Shown here one piece after another: positions 1-14,979 of a stretch of 64,000 nucleotides of DNA. Below the pieces are notes generated by a model. The model ran no database searches and had not been told where the DNA came from. It saw only the letters and a list, made by a program, of their open reading frames with translations. Numbering within the stretch: position 1 is the first letter of the stretch; each line of letters begins with the position of its first letter. The stretch lies in NCBI RefSeq assembly GCF_009914755.1, contig NC_060929.1; one strand, written 5' to 3'. The DNA comes from the human T2T-CHM13v2.0 reference genome, Homo sapiens. A program made the translations under genes and the position numbers.

Positions 1-279
1 CGAAAGCAACATAGTGATGTCAAATCTGTTAGCTCATTTGGGCTACATGGGCAAGACAGGGGAACGATTCAAAACCTAACAGCTAATGTCACACTCAGCA
101 AGAGAACAAGGCAAAGAAGTGGCTTAAATACAAGTAAATATTGCAGAGGCAGAGGTCATGAAGATTCAGACTCAAGACAGACAAGTGGCAGAAATGTGGC
201 AGACAGATGGAAAAAGAACTAACATGCATTGATTTTTCAACATAAACCAGGCACGGTGGCAACATCTTTTCAGACAGCT

Positions 280-410
280 CTTATTTCTCTTAATCCTTCC
301 AACAGCCTCTGACAGTCATTTATACTGATATTTATAGAAGAGGAATTGAAGCTCAGAGAACCTAAGTGGCTTTCCCAAGGGTTACTCAGTTAATAAAAGT
401 TAAGGTTAAA
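280..410 (-). mobile_element. MIR SINE fragment
   Basis: Degenerate reverse MIR core (tttatagaagaggaattgaagctcagagaa...cccaagggttactcag). Confidence 0.6.
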
Positions 411-1639
411 GCAACAAAAAGGATATTCTTTGAACTGCCCCATGCTACAGACCAGGGTGAAGACCCAAGTGAGAAAAATCTGTCTTATAATAGGGAGAGA
501 ACCTGTCTTTTCAGTAAGTTTCTGAAACTCTATGAGAGTAGGAAGTAAGAACTGGTTTCCTAATATGGGATTAAGTTTAGTCCAGCAGTTTCTCTAAGTA
601 TCATTTTAGGACCACATCTGTAAATATTGCCTGGATCCTATTAAAATGCAGCTTTAAGAGTTTTAACAAACATCACACATGACTTTTAAGCACAGTAATA
701 CTTCAGAAATACTGATTTAAAGGCTCTAAGTTAGTTGTGATGGTATAAACCTTGATACCTAGCATATCCAGAGGAAACCGGTATTTAAAATTCAGAGGAA
801 AGCTATCCAGTTTTGCAGTTTCTGAATATGATTAAAAATAATCATGAAATGAGGACAGCAGAATTAATTCCACCCTTAGTGACAAATTAAGTCAGAGCAG
901 AAAAAAATAACATACTAGAAATCAATTTCAAGGATTATCAAATAACAAATGACAGAATTACTAAACGCTAATAACAGAAGTGTCAGTTACACTAAAGCAT
1001 GTGAAAAGCATTTGAATGGCAAACTAGCGTATGTTGATAGTTCTCATGGGTTTTCAGAACTTTGAGGTAAGATGGGATGTAAGTAGTTGGAAGAGTATTT
1101 TCTAAAGCAGCTGTTCACCTACTATTTTCAGACATATTAGAATAAGGGCTCAGGTAATTAAAGTTCCACCTTCAATTTAATTGCCAATTACTCTATCTAA
1201 GTGAATCTGGTAGATGCTGTATAAGAAAGCCAAGGAGTCCAAGCGCCCAAAATACTTAATTATCAATTGGGAATTGTACATACAAATTGTCTGTGGGGGA
1301 AAAGGAGGATTCTTTCTAGAGTAATCGCGTTTAGTACCTATGATGGACTCTACCAATGTCAAGAAGGAAAAATGTTATTCAGGAAACAAATTTCCTTTCC
1401 TTCATTCCACATGTCTTTCAGAAATACTATTTTATTTCTTATTTTTTGTTTTTGCATTTCAAACACTACATCCACAATAATTTTTCAACTCACCTCAAAT
1501 AAGGTGAAGTGTAACATGTTACAACTTCCAGGCATGATATTCAAGCATAAAGGGATTTGTCACCCATGAACACACATGTAAGTTCTAAAGTGACTCAGGA
1601 AAATTTAGTTAACATTTATTTTGTTTTATATAATCTCCT

Positions 1640-1862
1640 AGCACTATTCAAATTATTTATATCAATCATCTGCTTTAATTCTCTCAGATATGTTAATTTA
1701 GTTCTCTCAGATATGTTATCAATATACGCATTTTACAAATGAGACCAAGACTCAGAAAAGAGGAAAGTTGCCCAAGTCACAGAGTCTGTAAGTACTGGAG
1801 CCAGGATTTCATCCCAGGAAATCTGACTCTAGAGCCCAAACCTTAACCACAATGCCATACTA
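1640..1862 (-). mobile_element. MIR SINE
   Basis: attttacaaatgag...gactcagaa...gttgcccaagtcacag...ggagccaggatttcatcccagg...tctgactctagagccc matches reverse MIR. Confidence 0.8.
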
Positions 1863-2349
1863 ACAGCAATTGCAAACACAAATGTGAATATATGTAGTAT
1901 CCAAATCAGCACAAATGTCTCTAACATGGAGTACTTAATGCTTTTAAGAAAATAAATGCAAAGTTTTAAAAATATGCCTATTGCACATGTTTTAAATAAA
2001 GGAGCTTTACACAGTTGAGTATGGATTTAATTTTGATCCTGTGTAGCTCAATTTCTAGAATCTGTGACTAATAATGAGAATCAAAGTTCATACTGACAAA
2101 GCTGCATCTCTGAAAGATTCTAAAGTTTCTTTTCAAAAATGAAAAAAAAATTTAAATGATGTCAGTATAGCCTGATTGTTATGTACTTTAATTATCTGAA
2201 AATTGACAATTTGTTAATGGTTTTGGAATAAGATAAACTAGGATCACATCCAAGCTTAGTCACTGACTATTGCTGTGATCTTAGCCAAGAACTCATTGTT
2301 AGAACTCGTTGTTGTAATCCTGTATGTTAAGAAGGTAGACTAATTATTA

Positions 2350-2532
2350 CCCCAAATGCTCTTCCTGGTCAGGCTACATCAGAATCCTGCAGGAGGCTTG
2401 CTAAAACTTCACGTTCTTAGGACTTAGACCAAAATATGTTGAATCAAAATCTCTGATGGTAGATATTCACATTTTAAATAAGTCCTCCAGGTGAACATGT
2501 GAGCACTGAGTTTTGAAAACTAATGGACTAGA
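2350..2532. mobile_element. MER5-type hAT-Charlie DNA transposon relic
   Basis: catcagaatc...gcttgctaaaa...tgaatcaaaatctctg...attttaaataagtcctccaggtga resembles MER5A/B. Confidence 0.6.
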
Positions 2533-2789
2533 TGACTGAAATATTTCCAAGACACAATTTCACAATTAAAATAAATTACAGCTTCTTTTTCCTAATTTTA
2601 AAGAAAAGAAAGAGCTAAAAATTATATCAAAAATATAATGAACTATAATTAATACTCTGTATGTTATTTTCTTCCCAATAGAGAAATTTTACTCATTGCC
2701 ATTCTTTTTGCCTGTATTTACATTTTTCAGATTTTTAAAATTTATTATAGGTACATAATAGTCGTATATTTTTCTGAAGTAACTGTAAA

Positions 2790-3009
2790 TTTCTTTAATA
2801 CACATGTCTCACTCTATTGCCCAGGCTGGAGTGAAGTGGTGTGATTACAGCTCACTGCAGCCTTGACCTCCCAGGCTCCAGTTATCCTCCTATCTCTCAG
2901 CCTCCTAAGTAGCTAGCGCTACAGGTACACACCACCATGCTTGGCTATTTTTCTTTTCTTTTTTAATTTTTTTTCTAAAAACAGCGTTTTGCCATGTTGT
3001 CCAGGCTGG
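2790..3009 (-). mobile_element. AluJ-like, 5'-truncated
   Basis: gtctcactctattgcccaggctggagtg...cactgcagccttgacctcccaggctc (AluJ-type wording). Confidence 0.85.
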
Positions 3010-3076
3010 GCTTGTGGTGTTTTGATAAAGGCACACAATGTGTAATGATTAAATCCAGGTAACTGGGGTATCCATC

Positions 3077-5635
3077 TCTATTAGGCTGTTCTTAAATTGC
3101 TGTAGTGAAACATCTGAGACTGGATAATTTATAAAGAAATAGGATTAATAGCCTCACGGTTCTGCAGGCTTTACAGGAATCCTGGTACCAATAGCTGCTT
3201 GGATTCCACAAGGCCTCAGGAAGCTTAAAATTATAACAGAATGTGAAGGGAGAGCAGGCACATCACATGGTGAAAGTAGGAGTAAGAGAGAGTAAGGGGA
3301 GTAAGTGTCACACATTTTTAAATGACAAGATCTCACAATAACTTACTATCATGAAAACAGCATCAAGCCATGGGGGATTTGCCCCAGTGACCCAAACACC
3401 TTCCACCAGACCCCATCTCCAGCACTGGGGATTATAATTCAACATGAGATTTGGGTGATGACAAATATTGAAGCTATATCATTCTGCCCCTGGCGCCTTC
3501 CAAATCTTGTGTCCTTCTCACATTGCAAAATATAATCATACCTTCCCAGCAGTCCCCCAAAGTCTTAACTCATTCCAGTGTTAATTCAAAAGTCCAAAGT
3601 CCAAAGTCTCATCTGGGACAAGGCAAGTTCCTTCTACCTATGAGCCTGTAAAATCAAAAACAAGTTATTGACTTCCAAGATTCAATGGGGTTATAGGCAA
3701 TGGGTGAATATTACTATTCCAAAAGGAAGAAATCAGCCAAAAGAAAGGGGTTATAGACTAGGAGCAAGTTTGGAACCCAGTAGGCCAATCATTAAATCTG
3801 AAAACTCCAAAATAATCTCCCTTGACTTCATATCCTGTATCCAGGGCACACTGGTGCAAGAGGCGGGCCCCTATGGCCTTGGGAAGCTTTACTCCTGTGT
3901 CTTTTCCACACTGAGATTGCAAGTTGCTGATTGCTGTACCATTCTGGGGTCTGAAGTTCCCACAGCTCCACTAGGCACTGCCCTAGTTGGAATTCTGTGT
4001 GGAGACTCCAACCTCACATTTCTTGCACACTGGTGCAAGAGGCGGGCCCCTATGGCCTTGGGAAGCTTTACTCCTGTGTCTTTTCCACACTGAGATTGCA
4101 AGTTGCTGATTGCTGTACCATTCTGGGGTCTGAAGTTCCCACAGCTCCACTAGGCACTGCCCTAGTTGGAATTCTGTGTGGAGACTCCAACCTCACATTT
4201 CCCCTCCACGTTGTTCTAATAGAGGTTCTCTGTGAGGGCTCCACCCCTGCAGCAGGCTTCTTCCTGGGCACCCAGGCTTTCTCATACATCATCTGAAGTC
4301 TAGTCAGAGCCTTCACTTTTGCACTCTGCATGCATGCCTGCAGGCTAAACACCATGTGGAAGCTTCCAAGGCTTATGGCTTGCATTCTCCAAAGTGGCAA
4401 CTCAAGCTGTACCTGGGCCCCTTTGAACAACAGCTAGAGATGGAGTGGCCAGATGTGGGGAGCAGTGTTCAGAAACTGCACAGGGCAGCAGGGCCCTAGG
4501 CCATGAAACCAGCCTTCTCTCATAGGCCTCTGGGCCTGTGATGGGAGGGGCTACTGAAAAGGTCTCTGAAATACCTTTAAGGCATGCCCCCACCACTCCC
4601 CTACCCTTGTCTTGGCTATTAGCACTTGGCTCCCTTATAGTTATGCAAATATCTCTAGCAAGTGGTTGCTCCACAGCCTCCTTGAATTTTTCTCCCAAAA
4701 AGAAAAAGCTTTTTTTTTCTTCTCGGTCACATGTCCAGGCTGCAAATTTTCCACACTTTTTTACTCAACTTCCGTTTTAAATATAAGTTCTAACTTTAGG
4801 TCATTTACTGCCACATTTGAGCATATGCTGTTAGAAGTGGCCAGGCCATATCTTGGATGCTTTGCTGCTTTGAATTTCTTCCATCAAATTTTCTAGGTCA
4901 TCACTCTCAAGTTCAAATTTCCACAGGTCTGTGGGGCATGGACACAATGTAGCCAAGTTCTTTGCTAAGGTATAAACATGGGTGACCTTTGATACAGCAC
5001 CCAGTAAGTTACTCATTTCCATCTGAGACCTGATGAACCTGGATTTCACTGTCCATATTACTATCAGCATTTTGATTACAACCATTTAAGCAGACTGTAA
5101 GAAATTCCAAACTTTCCCTCACTTTGTCTTTTTCTGAGCCTTCCAGACTTCCAGCCTCTGCCCATTACCCAGTTTCAAAGCTGCGTCCACATTTTCAGAT
5201 ATCTTTTGAGCAATGCCTCACTCCTTGGTACCAGTTTTCTGTGTTAGGCCATTTTTTCATTGCTATTAAGAAATTCCAGAGACTGAGCAATTTATGAAGA
5301 AAAGACGTTTAACTGGCCTACAGTTCTGCAGGCTTTACAGGAAGCTTGGTGCTGATATCTGCTTGGAGGCCTCAGGAAGTTTACAATCATGGTAGAAGGC
5401 AAACGGGGAACAGGCACATCATGTGGCAAAAGAAGGAACAAGAGAGAGAGTGAAGGAAAGGTGCCACACATTTCTAAATGACCAGATCTCACAAGAACTC
5501 ACTATTATGAAGACAGCACCCAGTCATGAGGGATCTGCCTCCATGACCCAAACACCTCCCACCAGGCCCACCTCCAGCACTGAAAATTATAATTAAACAA
5601 GGATTTGAGTAGGGGCAAATATCCAAACTGTATCA
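3077..5635 (-). mobile_element. Full-structure ERVL-MaLR element (MSTA-like LTR - internal - LTR)
   Basis: Two ~400 bp direct LTRs (3077-3481, 5240-5635) ending ...tatca, THE1/MST-type internal region 3482-5239, and 5 bp TSD ccatc (3072-3076) / caatc (5636-5640). Confidence 0.93.
3846..4201. repeat. Perfect 177 bp tandem duplication within the MST internal region
   Basis: 3846-4022 is identical to 4025-4201, separated by tt; the duplicated peptides are visible in ORFs 3668..4093 and 3997..4296. Confidence 0.97.
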
Positions 5636-6477
5636 CAATCATCTTAACCATTTATCATTTTTTTCTATCAGGAATATTGCAATTTCACTCTTTTAGTTAT
5701 TTTAAAATACACAATAAAATATTGTTAACTATAGCCATCCTATTGCACTACTGAATACTATATCTTATTCATTCAAACTATATTTTTGTACCCATTACCC
5801 ATCCCCACTTTATCTTCATCCCCCCATTACCCTTCCCCGCCTCTGATAACCATCATTCTACTTTCTGTCTCCATGAGTTCAATTCTTTTGTTTTAGCTCC
5901 CACATGTGCATTAGAACCTGTGGTATCTGTCTTTCTGTGCCTGGATCATTTCACTTATAATGACCTGCAGTTTCATCCATGTTGTTGCAAATGACAGGAT
6001 TTTCTTTTTTATGGCTAAATAATAATCCATTGTGTATATGTACCATGTTTTCTTTACCCACATTTATTTTAAGTTGTTGGACAGTTAGATTGATTTCCTA
6101 TCTTGGCTATAATAGTAATGCAATAAACATGAAAATGCAGATATCTCTTCAATATATCGATTCCCTTACTTTTGAACAAACACCCAGCTGTGGAATTTCT
6201 TGACCATTTTTTCATTCTATTTTTAGCTTTTTGAGAACCCTCCATACCATTCTTCATAGTGACTGTACTACCTAAATTCTCACCAACAGTGTGTAAGATT
6301 CCTCTTTATCCACATCCTTTCCAGCATTCATTATTGCCCATTTTTTAGATTAAAGCCATTTTAAGTTTTGATTTTTATTTCTCTGATGATTAATTATGTT
6401 GAACATTTTTCCATATACCCGTTGGCTGTTTGTATGTCTTTTGGGAAATGTCTATTAAGATCTTTGGCCCTACTAAT

Positions 6478-6690
6478 TTTTTTAAGCTTTTTATTTTTAG
6501 AGACAGGATCTTACTCAGGTTGCAGTGCAGTGATGTCATTATATCTCACTGTAACCTTGAACTCCTGGGCTCAAGTGATCCTCTCACCTCAGCCTCTCTA
6601 GTAGCTAGGACTACAAGGACACACCACCAAGCCCAGCTAATTTGCTTTATTTTTTAGCAATAGGGTCTTGCTATGCTTCCCAGGATGGAG
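6478..6690 (-). mobile_element. AluJ-like, 5'-truncated, inside L1
   Basis: agagacaggatcttactc...gaactcctgggctcaagtgatcctctcacctcagcc. Confidence 0.85.
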
Positions 6691-9600
6691 GCCAATTTTT
6701 AAACTGAATTACATTTTTCCTATAGAGTTGTTTGAGCTCTTTGTATATTCTTATAGCCTTATATATTCCTTGTCAAATGGGTAGTTTGCAAATATTTTCT
6801 CACTCTCTGTGGGCTGTCTCTTCACTTTGTTGATAGTTCCCTTTGCTGTGCAGAAAGCTTTTGGCTTAATGTGATCTTTTTTGCCCCTTTTTGCTTTGGT
6901 TGACTATGCATTAGAGATCTAACTCAATAAATCTTTGCCCAGAACAATGTCCTAGAGTTTCCCTAAGGTTTTCTGCTAATAGTTTCATAGTTTCAGGTCT
7001 TAGATTTAAGTCTTTAATCCATTTTGATATGATTTTTGTATATGGCAAGAGATAGGAGTCTGGTTTCATTCTTCTGAAAATGGATATCCAATTTTCCCAT
7101 TTATTGAAGAAGCTGTCCTTTCCCTAATGTATTACGTTCTTGACATCTTTGTCAAAAATGAGTTGCCTGTAAATATGCAAATTTATTTCTGAGTTTTCTA
7201 TTTCATTAGTCCATGTGTCTGTTTTTATACCAGCATCATGTTGATTTGGTTACAATAGCTTTGTAGCATAATTTTAAGTTGAATAATGTGGTTCCTCTGG
7301 TTTTGTTCTCTTTGCTTAGCACAGCTTTGGGTGTTTAGGGTCTTTTGTGGTCCCATATCAATTTTAGTGTTTTTTTTCTATGTCTGTGAAGAATGTAATT
7401 GGTGTTTTGATAGTAATTGCAATGAATCTGCAAATTGCTTTGAGCAATAAGAATATGTTAACAATAGTGAGTCTTCCAATCCATGACATGGAATATCTTT
7501 ACGTATTTTTGTGTCCTCTTCAATTTCTTTCATCAATGTTTTGTAGTTTCATTGTAGGGATCTTTCACATCTTTGGTTTAGTTTATTTCTAGGTATTCTA
7601 TTTTGTTTGTAGCAAATATGAATGGAATTACTTTGTTGGTTTACTTTTCAGATTGTTCACTCTTGTCATACAGAAATGCTACTGATTTTTGTATGTTGAT
7701 TTTGTATCCTGAAACTTTACCGAATATATGTTTTCATTGTATTCTGCTAGAGTCTTTAGGTTTTTTAAACATAAAATATGTATGCAAATAAGATAATTTG
7801 ACTTCCTTTCCAATTTGGATGCCCTTTATTTTTTTGTTCTAATTGCTCTGGCTAGGAAACCCATAGTACGTTGAACAAAAGTGGTGAAGGTGGGTATCCT
7901 TAGCTTGTTCCGGATCTTAAAGATTTCATTTTTCTCCATAAAATATGACACTAGCTGTGGGTTTTTCATATATGGCTTTTATTGCATTCCTTCTATACTC
8001 AGTTTATTGAGGGTTTTTTTCATAAAGCTGTGTGGAATTGTATCAAATGCTTTGTTTTTGACATCAGTTGTAATAATAATAGGGTTTTTTTCTTTATTCT
8101 TTTGATACAGATGTATCACATTTATTGATTTGCATAAGTTTAACCATCTTGGCATCCCTGGGATTAATCCCACTTGATCATCATGAATGATCTTTTTATT
8201 GTGTTGTTGAATTCAGTTTACTAGTACTTTGTGAGGAGTTTTGCATCTATATTCATAAAAGATACTGGCCTGTGGTTTTCTTTTTACCTTGTGTTTTTAT
8301 CTGCTTTTGGTACCAGGTTAATAAATTGGCCATGTGGATTGAGTTTGGAAGTATTTCTTCAGCCTTGATTTTCTGAAATAGTTTGAGTAGGATTGGTATT
8401 AGCTATATTTCAAATGTTTGGTAGAATTCAGCAGTGAAACCATCAGGTCCTGGACTTTTCTTTTACAGCAGACATTTTATTTTTGCTTTACTGTCATTGT
8501 TTTTGGTCTATTCACGTTGCAGATTTTTTTCATGGTTTAATCTTGGTAGGTTTTATATGTCTAGAAATGTAACCATTCCTTCTATGTTTCCTGATTTATT
8601 GGCATATAGTTGCTCATAATAATCTCTAATAATTTTTTGAATTTCTGTGGTATCAGTTGTAATGTCTCCTTTTTTATCTCTGATTTTATTTATTTTGATC
8701 TGTCTTTTCTAATTAATCTGGCTAAAGTTTTGTAGATTTTGTTTATCTTTTCTAAAAACCAACTTTTCATTTATTGATATTTTGTATTTTTTTGGTTTCA
8801 ATTTCATTTATTTTTGCTCTAATCTTTATTATTTCCTTCTATTTGGGGGGTGTTTGAGTAGCTCTTGCCTTTCTAGTTCTTCAAGATGCATCTTTGGGTG
8901 TTTATTTTAAAGTTTTCTACTTTTTTGATGTAGGTGTTAGTTGCTATTTACTTCCCTAGTAGGACTTTTTTTTTTTTGCTCTATTACATCGGTTTTGGTA
9001 TGTTGTGTTTCCATTTTCATTTGTTTCACGAAATTTAAAAATTTTCTTTTTAATTTCTTCATTGACCTGATGGTCATTCAGGAGCATACCATGTGTTCGT
9101 ATTATTTCCAAAGTTCCTCTTGCTATAAATATTTAATTTTATACCATGCGGCCTGAAACAGTAATGTGATTTCAAATTGTTTGAGACTGATTTTGTGGCC
9201 TAATATATGGTCTATTCTAAAAAATGTTTCATGTGCTACAGAGAAGAATGTATTCCACAGATATTTGGTGAAATTCTTTGCAAACATTTATTAGGCCTAT
9301 TTGTTCTATAGTGCAGATTAGGTTTGATGTTTCTCTTTCGATTTTCTGTCTGGATAATTGGTCCAATGCTGAAAGTGGGGTGTTGAAGTTCCTGGCTATT
9401 ACTGTATTGGTGTCTATCCTTCTCTTTAGCTCTAATAATATTTGCTTTATATATCTGGATGCTCCAATGTTGGGTGCATATATATTTACTACTGTTATGT
9501 CCTCTTGCTGCATTGATCTTTTTAATATTATATAATGACCCCTTTTTTACAGTTTTTGTCTTGAAATCTATTTTATCTAATGTTAGTATAGCTACTTGTG

Positions 9601-10756
9601 CTCATTTTCTTTTTAGTTTTTTTTTTTTTTTTTTTTACAATTTTTGTCTTGAGATCTATCTTTTCTAATATAAGTACAGCTACTCCTACTCATTTTGTTT
9701 TTGTTTTCCATTTACATGAAATAGCTTTTCAGTCCCTTTCTTTTCAGTCTGTGTCTTTATAACTGAAGTTAGTTTCTTGTATGCAACTTATAGTTGGGGT
9801 TTCAACTTATAGTTGGGTTTTCAGCCTCACTATGTGTCTTGGAGTCCATTTTCCAATGTTATTATTGATAAGTAAGGATTTACTGCCACCATTTTTTAAT
9901 TTGTGTTCTGCTTGTTTTGTTGGTCCTCTTTTTCTTTCTTCCTTTCTGTTTTCCCCTGTATAAAGGTGTTTTTCTCTGGTATTTTAAAAAAATTCTTTTT
10001 ATTTTCTGTGTACCTGTTATAGGATTTTTTTGTGGTTACTATGAGGCTTGCAAGTAAAATCTTAAAACCACCTATTTTAAACTGATGACAAGTTAACTCT
10101 GATTACAAAGAAAAGGCAAAAATGCAAACTAGCACAGAGAAAACTAAGAAAACTTTACATTGTATATTATTGCAAAATTATAAAACAAGAAGGAAATTTG
10201 AAAGCTATTTGACCATTTACTTTTAATTAAGACCTCTTTTATCAGGTTTTAAGTATCACATTTGGAAGACGATTTTCTCCATTATTCTGTTTCTCCAATA
10301 ACTCAATTGACTCCAAAAATGATCATCAGCAGATGCCTAGATAGTTTATAATCCCATATAAATACTGAATTCTTCTATTACAAGCTTGAGGGGATATTGC
10401 TTGAAAATTGCTCTATGTAAAGAAGTAATTTATTCTTACTGTAATTTATCCAGTACAATTAAACAGTAAACTTAAAACACTAGAGCACCATAAGGTTTCT
10501 AGATGGTGCCTTAATCAATTACAAGGAAAAATTCTAAGATTCTCTTTTGTCTCATAGAAGTAATTCTTTCACTGTTTTGACTCTAACAACATAGGACGAG
10601 TTATATTAGCTGAATATAAGCCAGAATGAAGTGAATTTCCATATGCCATGTAGAAATAAAATTTCTAATAAAACTGCCTCAATATAATTAACACTTGTTA
10701 TATAAATAGTGCTCAATAAATGTTAGCTTAAATAATTAATTAACTTAAATTTCTTA

Positions 10757-11770
<1,014 letters not shown>

Positions 11771-12728
11771 GAATTTTGGATACTAAAGTTAACATATCAA
11801 ACAAGGTGCCCAAATTATTTCAAAACTATCATGAACACCTTGAGCAAAGTAACTGTATGTTACATTTTTGTACCCTCAGCAGCTAAACTAGGACCCAAAA
11901 TTCCGTTGCTTAAAGATTATTTAACTGATCTGCAAAATGAACATTTTCAATGAAAGTTGGTTTTCCTTTACTCTTAAGATGGAAAAGTGAGTGGGGCTTG
12001 AATTACATAAGCAGCATGACTTGAATTTTAACATAACCTTTTAATAAATGACTAAATGAGCTACAGTCTGTGGGCCAAATGCAGAAAAATCTGAAAAGTA
12101 TGTGAGGAATCTCCACATAGAAAAATAGTTGTCTTTCCTGGGGAGTAAAACAGAAATGTCTAGAAATGTAAAGTAAGATGATTAGACATCTGTCCAATGA
12201 GGATTTTTAAATCAAAATGGAAAACCATGACAAGTTTGACATCTATACCTCTGATGATTTAAATAATCCATTTTAATCTGATTAGGATGACTTAGAAATG
12301 ATTTTGCTTAATATTTACAGAGGAAGGCAGGGTAAAGTAGCTTTTCTGAAAGCATAAAATTTTATGAAATATCTTTACCCTGCAAAGAATAAATCTAATT
12401 TAAATTATACAAATATTATTTGATTTGAGCAATGCTATGTAGAATGGAAAAACATTAGGATACAAAGTGGTGCCTTAATAAATGCAAAATTCTAAAATTG
12501 TAACTATTCTTTGAATTATGTATAATTAAATCTATATTTTATTTCAAAAGAATTGAATTACAATAAAGCAATGAAACCCACTAAACACATAAAAATCCTG
12601 TTTTTCCATCTTATAATGTTACTGGCGACTCCATTTTAGCATATAGAGACCTGTCTGATATTTAAGTATATTCATCTTAATTACTAATAAAATGATATCA
12701 AAGTAAAAAAGAACAAAACTGCTTTTAT

Positions 12729-12920
12729 GGAGGGTAGGAGGAGGGAGATGATCAGGAAAAATAACGAATGAGTACTAGGCTTAATATGATACATGGATGA
12801 CTAAACAATCTTTACAACAAACCCCTATGACACAAGTTTACTTATAACAAACCTGCACATGTACCCCTGAATTTACAATAAAAGTTAAAAGAAATAAAAA
12901 TAATTAAAAAAAAAAAAAAA
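12729..12920 (+). mobile_element. Short L1PA (older, L1PA13-16-like) 3' end with poly(A)
   Basis: ggagggagatgatcaggaaaaataac...acaaacctgcacatgtacccctgaa...aataaaagtt followed by an A tail. Confidence 0.85.
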
Positions 12921-13379
12921 GAAACACTCTTCGGAGAAAAAAAAGGAAAAATTCTAGGATGCTAAAAAATGAAGTCATTTTTTTTCTGCTTTACTTTTAC
13001 CTAAAATACAAAAACAAAACCAACTATTCATGAATTAAATACATTCCAGGAAAAATGTGCAACACATAGGGTTTTACGAACACACAAGGGTTGTAAGAGT
13101 TTGCTGTATGTTACCTTTCTGTTTTCTGACACATGCTGCCTTCTGTTTAAGGATCTACATACAAAGCTTCCTAGGGAAAGCAATTCTAACGCCTACTGAA
13201 GCTGTGACTTGCAATTTCATCACTTAAAATTCTCGGTTTTCTTCTGACTCTAACGGAATTTTTTTTGGAACCTAGAAGTAATAAATGATTAAAAGTCAGT
13301 CACTTCTGGTTCTCCAGACTAAATTCAGGTAGGAATAAAGCTGGAAGTGACAACCTGCAAACTGGTCCCCAGTCCTCGA

Positions 13380-13600
13380 ATGCACACTTTCCCTTCTGGC
13401 TCTGCTCTGTACCTGAAGATACTGGCCCCTCCCAGCATTTCTCAGGCTTCCCTGCCAGGCGACTTCCCATGGGTTTGGCCTATGACAGGTCTTGGCAGAA
13501 GGCTAAAAGCTGGAGAAAGGGAGAAAGGAATTTTCCTCTTTTCCTCTCTCTGCCTTGGGTGTTTTTTCTTATCTAGCTATATCTGAGTGAAGCAGAGTGA
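13380..13600. mobile_element. Old ERVL LTR fragment (LTR33-like)
   Basis: ctctgctctgtacc...gggtttggcctatgacagg...ggcagaaggct...ggagaaagggagaa resembles the LTR33 family. Confidence 0.45.
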
Positions 13601-13796
13601 GAGAGTTCTTGTAAGAACATGACTTTTGTCCAAGATTCAAGAGCTAGATGTTAACTCAGACTCTCATGTCAGCTTCTGTCCTAGAGGAGGCACAGTGCTG
13701 GCTGGCTGGAGTATCACATTTGACTTTTTCTTCTAAACCCTCATTCTGCTAATCTAGTCTTAGAAGTAATTAAGCAGATATAAAAAGAAGGTTTTA

Positions 13797-14222
<426 letters not shown>

Positions 14223-14505
14223 TCAGTCAGTTTGTATACTTCACTAAACATTTGCATTAGAAGTCAAGAACTTAATATGCCATGCCCCTGCCCCTGCTGT
14301 ATCTCCAATATCTGAAACTCAGCCTAACACAAAGTTGGCTCTCAATAAATGTTTGAATAAAGGATTAAATGAGCATTAAAGAAGGATCTAAAGAAAATTT
14401 CATACCAACAATAAATAAAATTATACATTTAGTTTAGTTTTTCTTGTTTGTTTTTTACTTGTCTCTAGTGCTTATTATTATCATAAAATAATTGTAAAGG
14501 TGTAA

Positions 14506-14979
<474 letters not shown>

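Larger units (their letters stand above)
2730..10140 (-). mobile_element. Long decayed L1 (L1MA-like), interrupted by the MSTA element and two AluJ
   Basis: L1MA-type 3' end at 2730-3076 resumes at 5641. Minus-strand ORF2 remnants: 9229-9513 (QEDITVVNIYAPNIGASRYIKQIL, endonuclease domain) and 7979-8173 ([20 protein letters not shown]...[10 protein letters not shown] domain). Many stops. Confidence 0.92.

Noticed and set aside
1-222. Stop-free frame from the window start (73 codons)
   Set aside because: Length is compatible with chance; no recognisable domain and the start lies outside the window
1267-1569. 100 aa plus-strand ORF
   Set aside because: Non-ATG start, low-complexity F/I-rich composition and no homology recognised
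3668-4430. ORFs of 99-141 aa in the MST internal region
   Set aside because: Their length is inflated by the 177 bp duplication; no recognisable gag or pol motif
7979-9513. L1 ORF2 endonuclease and RT peptides as active CDS
   Set aside because: Short fragments separated by stops and deletions; the element is dead
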